DNA of 64,000 nt from Phoronis australis (lineage: Eukaryota; Animalia; Phoronida), in NCBI GenBank assembly GCA_002633005.1, contig NMRA01000028.1:1396753-1460752 (forward strand), written 5' to 3'. The notes under the pieces are model-generated. The model was not told where the DNA came from. It saw only the letters and a program-made list of their open reading frames with translations, and made no database searches. A program made the position numbers and the translations under genes. Every line of letters begins with the position of its first letter. Position 1 is the first letter of the stretch. Below are positions 1 to 12,889 of the stretch, piece by piece.

Positions 1-658
1 TTCCATACAAGCCCAAGAGCAAAGTGAGGTTGGCTTGCTGACAGTACAACCATTAGGTCAATCACCAACCTAAATAGCCCCAGTCTAAATAAGATTCAGG
101 CACACATACTAGTCTAGACAATGTAACATACATGATATTAGTATCGATTGGAATCATCTCTAAATATTCAACATGAAAGGTGAATGGTAAGAAAAGCAGG
201 AAGTATAAATATGCCTGAGTACTGCTGTGTAATCATCTAATGGCAGACTAAACAACTTGATAAGTAGCCTGCTGATTGGTCCAGTTCCTCATCAAAAGGT
301 AAAACAAGAGGACCTCCTGCTAGTCCTCTAAAACACTCTCAAAGAAATAACTACAAAGTTGAGGGTTATTAAGTGCATAAAATTGCTTCTAAATTTAAAT
401 TGTTTTGATTCCACAGAACAGGATAGTCGAACCAGTGTTGTACATAGCCAAATTTCTCAAGGATTTTTTTCCTCATTCATCACATTCTGTAACTGTAAAA
501 ATGAGATAAAACACACAGTGAAATTCTGAGCACTGAGTTTCAACAATGTGAAACATCTGAAAATGAAAAATGACTATTTCAACAGTTAGTTTTGTAGAAA
601 TCAAGCACCACCAACAAGTCCCCAGTGAAAAAACTACAAATCTGATGATCATACTTAC

Positions 659-713
659 TGGCGTTGCTCGTCCAAAATTTATCTTTGAAAGTTAGCCGTC
701 TCTGAGGCATCAT
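659..713 (-). CDS. Possible first coding exon of a minus-strand gene leaving the window (MMPQRRLTFKDKFWTSNA; weak PSTPIP/F-BAR-like N-terminus)
   Basis: ATG ATG start, strong donor A|gtaagtat; resemblance to MMPQLQFKDAFW is from memory and only 18 aa long. Confidence 0.3.
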
Positions 714-1961
714 TTTACAATCATTCCTGTCTCAGTGCTCAACTGTCTTCATGCTCTCATCGTTAATCAATAGGCAATCTTAATTGAACACAAATCACTT
801 TTGTTAAGACAACTACATGAAGTGTCATCTGTCCTCTAATTAACAGTTTCCACTTTCGCCGCTACAAATTCCTTCGAACACGACTCATTTGAAAGCTTGG
901 TTGACAAAACCTCAAAAATCCACATATCGAACATTCAAGTAAGCATACAAAATTCCAAACTGACTTTCCAAAAGCAAGGTGGGTAGAAAACGTTGAAATA
1001 CGGTTTACCACAGAATAATGTCCACAAATCTCCTTGTTTTACTCAAGTACATTCCAAATTGTTGGATAACTCCGCAGCCTCACAACTGACTGATGAAAAT
1101 ACAGGCAACCGACTCAGGCATCACCCCAACTCCCCAGAGACAGACAGTCACAGCCACATACTGTGCACACAAACACAGCAAATCTATGTTATTCCCAGCA
1201 ACACTCATTGACTAACATCGACATTCTGTTGACCATTTACATCAAGGAAGTATACACACAGAGAGGTGAAGATATCCGTTTTCAAGATCCAATAAAGTGC
1301 ATTCAGCTGAGATAAAATGCAAATTCAACCTTCAGGGCCTAAAAAGTTAAGGCCAGTAATTAATCGTTGCGACTACAGCTTAAAGGAAAACTGGCTATAT
1401 TGAATGAAGACATGTTAATTACCCAAGATACTTTTCAATGGTACAATATTTGTTCAAGACGTGCGAAGATGTGAGCATTGTTAACCAGAGTGATGTTATC
1501 CACATTTTTTGTAAGTTTGAAATGGACAAGCAGAAAATTCATGGTATCATGTTTTGAACACAGATGTCAAATTCTCATCACTATGAATAAATCCATGATG
1601 CTAAGCACTTATTGAACACAGATCTGCCATGAATGCCATATAGACAACATTTTCTTAGATTCTTTATCCAAGACTAAGACTATAACACCCAAAATTGATG
1701 TGAATCAAAAAACAATCAATTTCAGACTGGCCTTCAGTAACTTCACATTATCTCAGTCTAGTATTGATCCCTGCATATAAAACCCCTCTAAGGTCCCTAA
1801 TGATTGATAGCCGTCAGGGAGAACATTGCTATTTAAAAATTAACAGCAAATACAAACGAAGGCAGCGCGAAATGCAAGGTCAACTATGTAGCACGTTGTA
1901 AATGTATGTTGCTTGGAATTTGACGTACATTGAGGATTGATAAAATCCATAGAACTATAAA

Positions 1962-2767
1962 CAGTGGCGGATTTAGGATATCACAAGGGGGGGGCCCAAC
2001 GTTTTGTCCAGCTGTAAGCATTTGCGCAAACCACGATTGTGGATGCGCATAGCACCGAATGGGAGGAGGTCGGGAGGGGGCTCCCCTCCTGCCAAGGAAA
2101 TTTTTCTGTTTTTTCCTCTAAAAATCAAGCATTTTCCTTGATTCCTGAAGTATTATCCGAGAAAAAAAGGCAAAAAAACACGGAGAACGTGTCAAACAGG
2201 AAAAACTGCAAGTACCAGAGACTCGAACTCACGACCTGGCGGATAGAGCACGCATGCTTTACCACTACACCACCACGACTTAACTACAGATCTCATAATA
2301 AGAGACCTACTTGTTTATGGTCCACAGCGTTTACGCGCGAAACCTACTTCTTTTTGTAATGCTTATTACGCGTTTTACATTTTGTGCAATCGGTTCTTAA
2401 CAAATTTGTTGTATTTAAAATAGTCTTCAAATGCCCAAAAGACCAATAATCAGTTTTTCGTGTTGGCAATAATGACGGGATTGCTTTGGAAATCGTCTTA
2501 AGTTAAGGTTTGAGAAAGAGAGAATTATGAGTTTCTGAGTGATTCACTAAGGCTTCGATTAAAATTCACATCTTACCAGCAGCTTCTGTTTTTTCATCAT
2601 CACTCAGGTTCCATTTTCTTTAAAAAATGAAGTAAATTTTCTTCATTGCACAGTGGAGCAGACGACGGAAACGGAGTTGTAGTGCGCAGCGCCACTGCCG
2701 GTTGCCTGGGATATTGCAGGAGAGCCTATACTTAGCCATAGTTCCGTTACGAATGCGTCGTGTTCCG
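1962..2767 (+). mobile_element. Non-autonomous DNA transposon (CAGTGGCGG-ended family), truncated at the N junction
   Basis: Near-identical to 8176-9035 and to the reverse complement of 5321-6161. Confidence 0.88.
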
Positions 2768-3998
2768 NAGACTGGCCTTCAGTAACTTCACATTATCTCA
2801 GTCTAGTATTGATCCCTACATATAAAAACCCTCTAAGGTCCCTAATGATTGATAGCCGTCAGGGAGAACATTGCTATTTAAAAATTAACAGCAAATACAA
2901 ACGAAGGCAGCGCAAAATGCAAGGTCAACTTTGTAGCACATTGTAAATGTATGTTGCTTGGAATTTAACGTACATTGAGGACTGACAAAATCCATAGAAC
3001 TGTAAACTTCAGGAGAAACAACAGGTTTGACAAAATACCTAACTCATTCAACATTACTGGTTTGCTGACAGCCACAAGTCATAAACATGTTTCCTGAAAA
3101 TGCCACTATGGCCCTGTACCACAGACACCAAACTCTCACCCTTTCGAAGTGTACATTTTCACACACGACCTAAATAAAAAAGTGAATTTTTCCAAAACTA
3201 GACCTAGCACTTGTGAATCTTCTAGGCAATGGTTCTACTCACCATATTTCTCTGAATTTTGGAGCGCCATCTGTAGCAGCTCCTTATAATATGTCTGTAT
3301 CCCACAAAGATAAATATTCATAAAAATACCCCACCCCCTAATAGCCCATCCCTAGGTCAAAATCATAGCCTAGATGCATAATGCGCGGAACGTGTTCAGG
3401 CCAAAGTAAGTGATACTATTACAAGAAATATTGTTGATGACAAGAAACCAAGTTACCGGCGGTGCTTAGGCCTAAAATAAGCAACTCTTTCAAGTAAAAT
3501 GTCATTGATTACATGGGTTACCAACTATCTGGTGACTATGATTTCTCCCTTCCAGAGAATGTATTCATGTTCTGATATATCTCAAAATTTTATCGCAGGC
3601 TGGGGATGTCTCTATTTTCCCAGCTTTTTTGGTACTTTTGCATGTATAATCCATCAACTTTCTATATTGCCAGCTGAGTCTAGTGCTCTTACCACTGATT
3701 TTCCTGTGTTTATTTGATTCACCATTGGTCAACGTCGGCGTCTATACAATAACATATCCACTTTGTTTTTTACATTTAATTAATAATTATTACAAGATGA
3801 ATTCACAGAAAAAATGTATTCATTTAGAATACCAACAGACACAATCCCAAACGGAAAGCACTGGGGATGGCAAACAGCGACACAGAATCTCTGAACATTT
3901 GAACTTATATAACAATTTATGACATGGCAGTTTCCAGATGTGTTTGTGATGTTTATAGTGTGTGCGTTACACTACCGCACCTGCTTTCAGTTCCAAAA

Positions 3999-4076
3999 CA
4001 TGAGCGGCGATGCACTGAAAAAAGTGGGGCAGCTAAATCCCCCCCCCCCCCAGCCCCCTATGGTGCGCTGCCCATG
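3999..4076. mobile_element. 78-bp MITE with related termini, 5-bp TSD CAAAA
   Basis: caaaa|catgagcggcg...gcgctgcccatg|caaaa; homologous to the units at 28983-29129. Confidence 0.8.
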
Positions 4077-5320
4077 CAAAATTGGCTTGGGTAAATGACC
4101 GCCATCTCAGTCCTCACCTGGTTGACAATCAAGTACTTAATTAAACTAGTTTTAAAGTGAATTTGCATCTTCAACTAAAGCCAAGTGTCACACTCACGCC
4201 TTCATCAGCAAAAAGACAGACAGTGAGACACACCTCAGCTCAGGTAATTTCCAACATTTCATGTCAGTCGACACACACACAGAACCATATCACCGAAACT
4301 GTTCTATTCAGTCTATGGTATACCTGTTTATACTCAGTGTTACCACACAACAAAGAAACAACAATATTTACAATTTTCAAAAGAGCACTGTTTCATTTAA
4401 AAGCATTACCTGTGATTTACATTAGCGGCAAAATATTATTGGTGTCCCCTTGTAATAGACACGTTGACAAAATCGCCTGCGATTCGTTGTGACTCACCTG
4501 GAGTAGGTCACACCTGCCTACGTCATGAAGTCACTTGAAAAAATCAATGAGTGGACAGACGTTTGTATTTGCTTTGATGTAGATGGGGGATTGTGAAAGA
4601 GTATTCGTTTTGACATTTTTTCATTCGGGAAATGCCAATTAACTCTCGGGGTTAAAATCCCCTTGAAGCGCGGGACTCGACTTGATCATTGCGGGATAAT
4701 ACGCCGCTCACTGTGCGGGGTGGTATTCTGGACCAGGGTCTTTTCAAGGCTGTCACTTTATGGTTTAAGAACTCTACGAAATAGTCCACATTTCAGCAAT
4801 AGTTTATTAATTAGCAATTTCAAACCCAGTCTATAGAGAAAATATTTGTTCATGCGAGTTTTGCTCACGGAACTGGATCCCTTTTAATTGTGCTGGCTCT
4901 CAGAAAGGGTATAATTTTAACTCGCCTGTTCTCTGAGGTTGAACTTACAGAAATAACTACTCGGCTCAGCCAGCGGTCCGTGACACCACGTCATGACACT
5001 GATAACAAGAAGAGTGAGCGTAAATACTAGTGCTGTAACTGCAAAAAATACGTCATCATGATATTCTTCAGTAGAAATGGAAGAATAATGTGGTATTTAC
5101 TATAATTTAGACCACAATAACGAAGGCAGAAATGTAATTTTATTGAGGCTCGGGACGACGTCCCCGCCCTCTACTTCGCCCATAATCCTGATAGTTTACC
5201 TGACGAATAATAAACCTTGCTAATCGGCAGGGCCTCCACTTCGACTATATTTTTAATGGGGTGAATCGCTAAAAATTACGATACCATCCCCATTAAGAGA
5301 GTTTCAGGCACCTTTATAGG

Positions 5321-6161
5321 CATAGGCGGATTTAGGGGGGGGNGGGCTCAGATCCAATTTCAAGTGTCAAATTCGGAACAAGGCGCAATCGTAACGGAAC
5401 TATGGCTAAGTATAGGCTCTCTCGCGATATCCCAGGCGACCGGCAGTGGCGCTGAGCACTACGACTCCGTTTCCGTCGTCTGCTCCACTGTGCAATGAAG
5501 AAAATTACTTCATTTTTTAAAGAAAATGGAATCTGAGTGATAGTGAAAAAACAGAAGCTGCTGGTAAGATGTCGATTTTAATCGAAGCCTTAGTGAATCA
5601 CTCAGAAACTCATAATTCTCTCTTTGTCACACCTTAACTTAAGACGATTTCCAAAGCAATCGCGTCATTATTGCCAACACAAAAAACGGATTTGGTCTTT
5701 TGGGCAATTGAACACTATTTTTAAATACAACAAATTTGTTACGAACTGATTGCACAAAATATAAAAAAACATGTAAAAAGGATTTCAAAAAGAAGGAGGT
5801 TTCGCGCGCAAACGCTGTGGACCATAAACAAGTAGATCTCTTAGTATCAAGATAGGAGTTAAATCGTGGTGGTGCAGTGGTAAAGCACGCGCGCTCTATC
5901 TGCCAGGTCGTGAGTTCGAGTCTGTGGTACTGGCAGTGTTTCCTGTTTAACACTTTCTCGGTGTTTTTCGTTTTTTTTTTGTTTGCTTTTTATTCTTGGA
6001 TAATACTTCGGGAATAAAGGAAAATGCTTGATTTTTAGAGGAAAAAAAACAGAAAAAATTTCCCCCAATTCGGTGCTATGCGCAGCTACAATCGTGCTTT
6101 GAGCAAATGTTTACAGACAAAATGTTGGGCCACCCCTTGTGATATCCTAGATCCGCCACTG
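5321..6161 (-). mobile_element. Non-autonomous DNA transposon, CA...TG ends, 5-bp TSD ATAGG
   Basis: atagg|cataggcggattta...tagatccgccactg|atagg. Confidence 0.9.
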
Positions 6162-6509
6162 ATAGGTAGGAGTTAACCTGATTGACCCATAATTCGGCCT
6201 CCATGCAGGAATTTGGCTTCTTTCCCCAAACAAATCATGCCAGTCGATTAGAAAGACACAATGACATGAGTAGAAATTTGGTTCGAATGCTGCACAATCT
6301 CCTACAAGAACTGGAAAAGTCTTCAGTCAGCAGAACGCCCGGCCATACTGAGGGCTTTTTAGATAGGACACCTAACGTACTTGGTGGTGAAGAGACAGTT
6401 GCCGTAACATTAATAAGGATAATATCCGACGAAAGACGAAATTTTTTTATACATTTATTATCTATAAGTAACATTACAATGTAAATCACACACGTATCCA
6501 TTCAAAGGT

Positions 6510-6670
6510 CGCTTAATTTTCAATAATGTGAGCAAATTTTAACCACCTGTTTCTTAATCTATCAAACTGTCTATTTTGTTGAAAACTATATTTCTCTGTG
6601 ACTTGATACTGTTATTAAAAGCATTAAGAGCTGGTAAAGTGCCCTCCAAACTTTGATAGTTCGCTAGAAT
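6510..6670 (-). mobile_element. Decayed 3' end of an L1/Tx1-type LINE ORF2
   Basis: Minus-strand translation ..TEKYSFQQNRQFDRLRNRWLKF..* resembles the Tx1 C-terminal EKY...KW tail. Confidence 0.4.
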
Positions 6671-8175
6671 CAAAGTTAAGTTTGTAGATGAATATGTGTT
6701 GTTGATCTGACTACGCAATCAGCAGACAGCAAGACAAAGTGATTTTTAACAATTAAAGTCCCAAATATGCTACTTTTTCTTTCTGAAAAACAACGTGAAG
6801 ATTATTTTCTCTGAATTCAAGGTTCAATTCTTTGTAAATTAGGCCAGGGTTGTTTATCATTGTTCAGGACAAGAAATAAAACCACGCTTAACCAAGCCAG
6901 AGGCCATCGATGATCCGGAGTCTCATAGATCACTAGCACTGGCCTCTTGAAGGGTGCATTTTGATGCAGTACGTAGAATAACGCTCATCAGGGGCTGTAG
7001 GGTTAAAATGCATCGTATGCTACAGAAATGTGTGCAAAAGGTGTTACTGTGGAATTTTACTAAAATGCCTTACATAGGCCCCCCCGCGCCGCCTAAGGTG
7101 CGCCGCCCGTGTCTTATGCGACATCGAATCTGTGTTCAAAGTGATCGGTGGAGAACATTCAACAGTCTTGTCCATATCTAAGAGGATAGCACCGGCATTG
7201 GACTTCGCGCTTACTACAATATAATCGCGGACCTTGTCAAAAAGGGAACGCCACACTGACACCTGTGTTTCAGAACAGACGAAAAACATTGAATTCTCTT
7301 AGCGAATCACGGATAAAGATCTCACTAGAGCAAAATTCAACGAGCATACTGTTTTACTGTTTTATATTTTGTTATTGAGGGCCCTCTTGGAAAACAATGT
7401 TATCACTAAAGAGGCCACCCTCATTTTAAATATTACAATAAATAAATATAAAATACGCACGAACCTGCAACAGAGTGAAAAAGAAAGGCACCAGGAACTT
7501 GCAGAGCCCCCGAATAGTGACAGCCAGTTTCCTTCGCTGAATAAAGACTGGAGCAGCATACCCGAGTCCTGCAAGGACCTCGGCCAAGAGCGGGGGGGGG
7601 GGGGNGGGGGGGGGGGGGGGACTCTCGGAAGAATGACTTTTACACGACCACCCAGAGTGCCATTTCCAATTTACTTCCCTACGGTGGGTTTCAGCTGTTT
7701 TGGGAGCTCGAAATTGTACGGAAAGGTTTTTTATCAAGCACAAAAACCTAAAGAGAAATTGTTAACATTATCTGTATTTTAATGTTCCGCCGCAAACCAT
7801 GATGTACTTAGTTTTGTCATGGCATCTGTTCTTGTGCCACTGATTAGGCTTGTAGGTTCAGACACAAGGGAGGGCCACTTTTACAGAAATCCTAGTTCGT
7901 CATCGTAACTGTTTCTGCGACAAAAGTTTACGAGTTAGGGTGACGTTTTTCTTGGAAAGTCCTTAGAAATTGCCCCTATTTCGCGAAGCCCACTACCAAA
8001 ATTGTTGGGTATTCAGCTGCAACCGCGAGCACAAATTTAGTCGAATACAGACCCAACTTTAATTATGTGAATATGGGAACGTATGTCTCACTTGTTTAGC
8101 AAAATGTCTCAGTGGAATTCTAGTAGGACCTCTGTACATTTAGCAGGTATGCGCAATGGCTTTGGAATTTATCTC

Positions 8176-9035
8176 CAGTGGCGGAGCTAGGGTATCACAA
8201 GGGGGGGGCAACATTTTGTCTGTAAACATTTGCTCCAAGCACGATTGTAGATGCGCATAGCACCGAATGATGGGAAATTTTTCTGTTTTTTTCCTCTAAA
8301 AATGAAGCATTTTCCTTGATTCCCGAAGTATTATCCAAGAAAAAAGGCAAAAAAAATGCTGAGAAAGTGTCAAAGAGAAAAACTGCTTGTACTAGACTCG
8401 AACTCACGACCTGGCGGTGAAAGGGCGCGTGCTTTACCACTGCACCAGAACATTGGGTACTAAGAGACCTAATTGGTTATGGTCCACAGCGTTTGCGCGC
8501 GAAACCTACTTCTTTTTGTATAGCTCATTACATATTTTATATTTTGTGAATCAGCTCGTAATAAATTTGTTGTATTTAAAATAGTCTTCAATTGCCCAAA
8601 AGACCAAATCCGTTTTTTGGGTTGGCAAAAATGACGCGATTGCTTTGGAAATCGTCTTAAGTTAAGGTGTGACAAAGAGAGAATTATGAGTTTCTGAGTG
8701 ATTCACTAAGGCTTCGAATAAAATTGACATTAGCAGCAGCTTCTGTTTTATCATCATCACTCAGATTCCATTTTCTTTAAAAAATAAGCAATTTTCTTCA
8801 TTGCACTGTGGAGCAGACGACGGAAACGGAGTTGTAGCGCCCAGCGCCACTGCCGGTCGCCTGGGATATCGCGAGAGAGCCTATATTTAGCCATAGTTCC
8901 GTTACGATTGCGCCTTGTTCCGAATTTGACACTTGAAATTGGATTTGAGCCCCCCCCCNCCCTACGCTCTTGCTGTTTTATTTTTTTGCGGCGGCAAAGG
9001 GGGGGGGGCCTGGGCCCCCCATAAATTCGCCTATG
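8176..9035 (+). mobile_element. Non-autonomous DNA transposon, CA...TG ends, 5-bp TSD ATCTC
   Basis: atctc|cagtggcggagcta...aaattcgcctatg|atctc. Confidence 0.9.
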
Positions 9036-9199
9036 ATCTCCAATGCTGTAGTATGATGACATATTACATTATATTAACTGCTGTGTCCTCAAAACGACGG
9101 TCGAATAAAGACTACTTGTCTCAAACAAGGTGACACACAAGATGCATATAGGATTCTGGCCGCTGAGCTAGATAGGTGTGCATGTAATGACGATCATAC

Positions 9200-9233
9200 C
9201 AAGGAGTGTAGTAGTATACTAGTACAGTCCTTG
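9200..9233. mobile_element. 34-bp palindromic P-element-like mini-element with 7-bp TSD
   Basis: atcatac|caaggagtgtagtagta-tactagtacagtccttg|atcatac; halves match at 15/17. Confidence 0.7.
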
Positions 9234-11856
9234 ATCATACCCACTGGAGATTAGATTATATATTCATTGATATGAGTTAATGTATACCGGTAAATATCGA
9301 TGCCTACGGTGTTGCATAATAAAATACTATAGCTAGTAGTTTCAATGCTGCACAGAGCGTGTTCATTTATGAAAACTTACTGGTGTTGCGAATCACTTCT
9401 TGTCCAAATCCAGCCATGGTGCGGTATATTTTTATCTTATCTTGAGATTACACAAGCAAACATAGCGCCGTTACAGAAACCTCAGTGTATTTGGTTGCAT
9501 CGGTTGACTATTAAATCCATGACGATTGATACGCATAAATTATAATATGTGGAGATATATCAAGTGCTCTGAAATCGCCTTGTGCAGAAAACATCTGTTG
9601 CCGCGAACGGAGAATTAATATAAACATGTCCACGTGATCTTATGCATTGCACAGCGGTGGTGAGGCAGCAATTCGCTGTTGAAATCAATTTTGAACTCTG
9701 CAAGATACTAAATCAGATTGTGGTACGTTTTATAAATTATCAACACTTTGCATTAGGGTTTATAGTCGACTGAATGACAAATATCACAGTAATGAGAATT
9801 TGGAATTATTGAGACACGGTATGTTCTTTGCGATGTTGACGAAGGTGCAACTGATCTAAACACAGAGTACGCCCGGAAAAGACATAAAACGGCCAAACGT
9901 CTGCTGAACGCACGACACTTCGAAGAAGGCGTTATTTCCAAAATTTTCGCTACGAGGAGGATTTTGCGTTGAAATTTCACCAGCCCTTTACTACTACAGA
10001 GCCATCCGTCGAATAGCAGGACAATGTTTTTGTCTTTAGAAGGCTTGGTGCCAAAGAATGTGTTGCGTACTCGAAGGTCAACACGTGGGCCTGTAGCAAC
10101 AACAATGATCGTTTCGGAGTAATCTTAATACTTTATAGAATTAAAGGACACACGCCATCCCACGCTGGTTCAGTGATCAGGCCATGTCTTCTGTTGGTCT
10201 TTAGAATGAGCGCCAATGAATACCCACCTCGTTTGTCAGTGTGCTTTAGGTCCACTAACAAGCACGTAATCATAATATAGTCAACCTCAGGGTTTTGTAA
10301 AAATACTCCATCAGGAAATTGGGTAGTATATAGTTGGGTGACCATGCATGAGTACTGAGGTAGGCAACCGTGAGAATGATCCTGAGCGGTTGGTATTCGA
10401 ATAGCTCTTACCTCAAACATGTTCAATTTTATAATCACGTTCTTTTGTTTGGAGACTGAGGAACAGAGATAATGTTAGTGACAATGGCCGCCCTCTCAAC
10501 AGGATAGGCTGACTTGGCTAGTGAATTGTTGTCTGATGCTTTAACTAACACCAAAAATTGAATATTTTTGATTAGAGAACATCGTGCATGCTCTTTTCTC
10601 TCCAATTAAATCGTAATTTTCAGATCGACATTACTTCTGCGCACGTGACTTTGCTTTCGTGAACCGTGCAAGAATACGGGCACAACTAGTTCAAGACAAA
10701 TTAAATCTCTTTGAGAAAAAGTGCTGAGACCAACTGCAATTTACTAAGACAATTTGTATAAATTATTTAAGACAATTTTTATAAATTATTATGGTTCCGT
10801 TGTCTGTTTCACTTAGAAAAGTGAGTTGAAACTTAAGTCAGAAAATTGATCTTACGCTCCATGCAACTCAGGAAAAATAAATCTCATTTGAGCAAAGTCC
10901 GACGTGCACAATTATTTCTTTGGCTCACTATTATAATTTTTAGCTTCCAACTCAAGCTGGTTTATGTTCGTGCCAGTCCCGGCAGCCGCGACGCCGGGCC
11001 TGATCGGGTTCCGAGCCACTGCCGGACTGAGATAACGAGTCAGTCCGGCCGCGACGGGCTTGATCGGGTTCCGATCCACTGGCCGGGATAACAAGCGTTT
11101 TGTGTGTTTAGAACTCTAAAAATCACAAGCAGAACAACACAGATCTAGGTTCTCTTGTCTGTATTTCACAGAAGAATACTTCGAATTTATCTCCGAACAG
11201 ACCCCAAACTCCTCAGGCTACGGTGTGTCCAAATACCAGTAAATCCGTAACAGCGAAATAAAACAACACGTTTTTATAAGGACTCGATGTATTTTTAAGA
11301 GTTTTACATCGAAGTTTGATGATTTATTGGTGTTAAATGATGAATTCAAGCTATAAGCTGACACCAGTAACCCGTGTTCTGAACGACTGAACGGGCTGAA
11401 CAGACTGCGTGTGAAACCAATTACGCCATTGAATAATTTCAACACCTCCGTCTGCCGTCAGGTGTCAGGAACCGCAACCGAACGTGCCAATGTCGAGTAG
11501 AACTACTCGAAACAAAATAGGTTGTTTTTAGGTGGCATTCTCCTTTAACGATTTTACAAATTAATCACATTTCGTAAGTTGAAAATTATTATTCAAAAAG
11601 CCATGCTGAAGTGGCGGTCCGACTGGTAACGAAGACACGTCAGTAGTTATTGTAAGCAGAAGGTTACCACTTGATACATGATTTACTTTTTCACAAGGTC
11701 ATACGATTGTGGTTGGTGTTACATAGGATCTAAGTTAACGAGACATCTTCTCGCGTTTTCCGGTAAAAGCATATGGCCTTCTGTTCGAGAGATAGTCCGG
11801 AAAATGTTTCGGTTAATTCCAAACAGTTAAAATATGTCTTTTACTGAAGGTATGAG

Positions 11857-12002
11857 TAGAGTTTGGTAACGCTAGGACCTACGCTAGGACGTTGCTAAAA
11901 TCTAGCCAAAATCACGTGCTCTCATCTAAAATACACGACAATATCTCACCTAATCTCGTCAAGTCTTGCTTTTTGCGAGGTCCATAGCGTTACCGAACTC
12001 TA
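11857..12002. mobile_element. ~146-bp MITE with ~24-bp TIRs
   Basis: tagagtttggtaacgctaggacct ... aggtccatagcgttaccgaactcta. Confidence 0.65.
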
Positions 12003-12119
12003 GCCCTGATCCTTAAAAATTCGTTAGAGACGTTAATCCGTGCATTCTCGACCTACTGTTGATGCGACTGAAGGGCCGTGACAAAGCGAGGAAACCGCTC
12101 ACGTTTATAACGTGTCTTA

Positions 12120-12340
12120 ATGCGCCATGTAAACGTGGCAAACGTGTAAAAACTGCTACGCTCACGTGTAAAGCGTGTCAAATGTGACATCCAAACGTGG
12201 TAAAAGGCGTGTAAAACTGCCACGCACGCGTGTAAAGCGTGGCAACCGTGTCAAAATATGACACGCACACGCGGTAAATGTGTAAAAATTGCCACGCTCG
12301 CGTGTATAGCGTGGCAGCCATGTAAAAATATGACACACTA
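12120..12340. repeat. Degenerate minisatellite (cgtgtaaa / gcgtggca / tgacac units)
   Basis: Recurring acgcgtgtaaagcgtggca...aaaatatgacac motifs. Confidence 0.7.
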
Positions 12341-12477
12341 TCATAGATAATCTCGCAAAAATGAAAAACTTGGCAAACGCTTAAAATTTGTGGCAAATGT
12401 GTACAAAAAGATTGTATGAAGCACTCGATAAAGATACATCTTTGAAGTGCTTGGCAGTTCTGAAAAGACTGCTGTAT

Positions 12478-12889
12478 CCGGTTGCATGAAACAATCCCAA
12501 ATAGGGACTCAGTCAAGTTCCCTAAATCTGCTGCGTCTTTGTGGGCTTGTGAAAACACTCATTGCTCTTTTCTTATGCTGTTTGAGTATCATTACTATTT
12601 TTGGCTTTGATACAAAACCGAGAGTGAACTTTACGTCGAATTGAAAATTAGTAGGGATAGTTTCATGCAACGCCCCTAATTTAAGGACTAAATACCTAAT
12701 TATTTTGATTGAATTAAGGACTCAGGTTTAGTTATGTTATTAGAAAATGTCCTTAGTCAAAGATGAGCTTTTGATAAAGATAGAATGATGCAAATATATC
12801 ACATATGTGAGTTATGAACGCAACAAATACGCAAAAGATTTAGGGAACTTAGTTGAGTCCCTAATAGGGACTGTTTCATGCAACTGGCC
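12478..12889. mobile_element. PIF/Harbinger-like MITE, ~50-bp TIRs
   Basis: ccggttgcatgaaacaatccc..tagggactca..aagttccctaaatc versus gatttagggaactt..tgagtcccta..gggactgtttcatgcaactggcc. Confidence 0.75.

Noticed and set aside
2039-2359. Similar ORFs in the three ~850-bp repeats (2039, 5639, 8195)
   Set aside because: Frames and stops are not conserved between copies; non-coding repeat
5860-5935. Genuine tRNA gene (also ~2212-2280, ~8390-8450 and 56550-56620)
   Set aside because: A/B boxes are present but no complete cloverleaf or acceptor stem could be built, and the segments are embedded in repeats
6182-6484. 100-aa ORF as a gene
   Set aside because: Non-ATG start, no recognisable domain, lies between repeats
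7369-7782. 137-aa ORF
   Set aside because: Runs through a poly-G/N stretch; no recognisable homology
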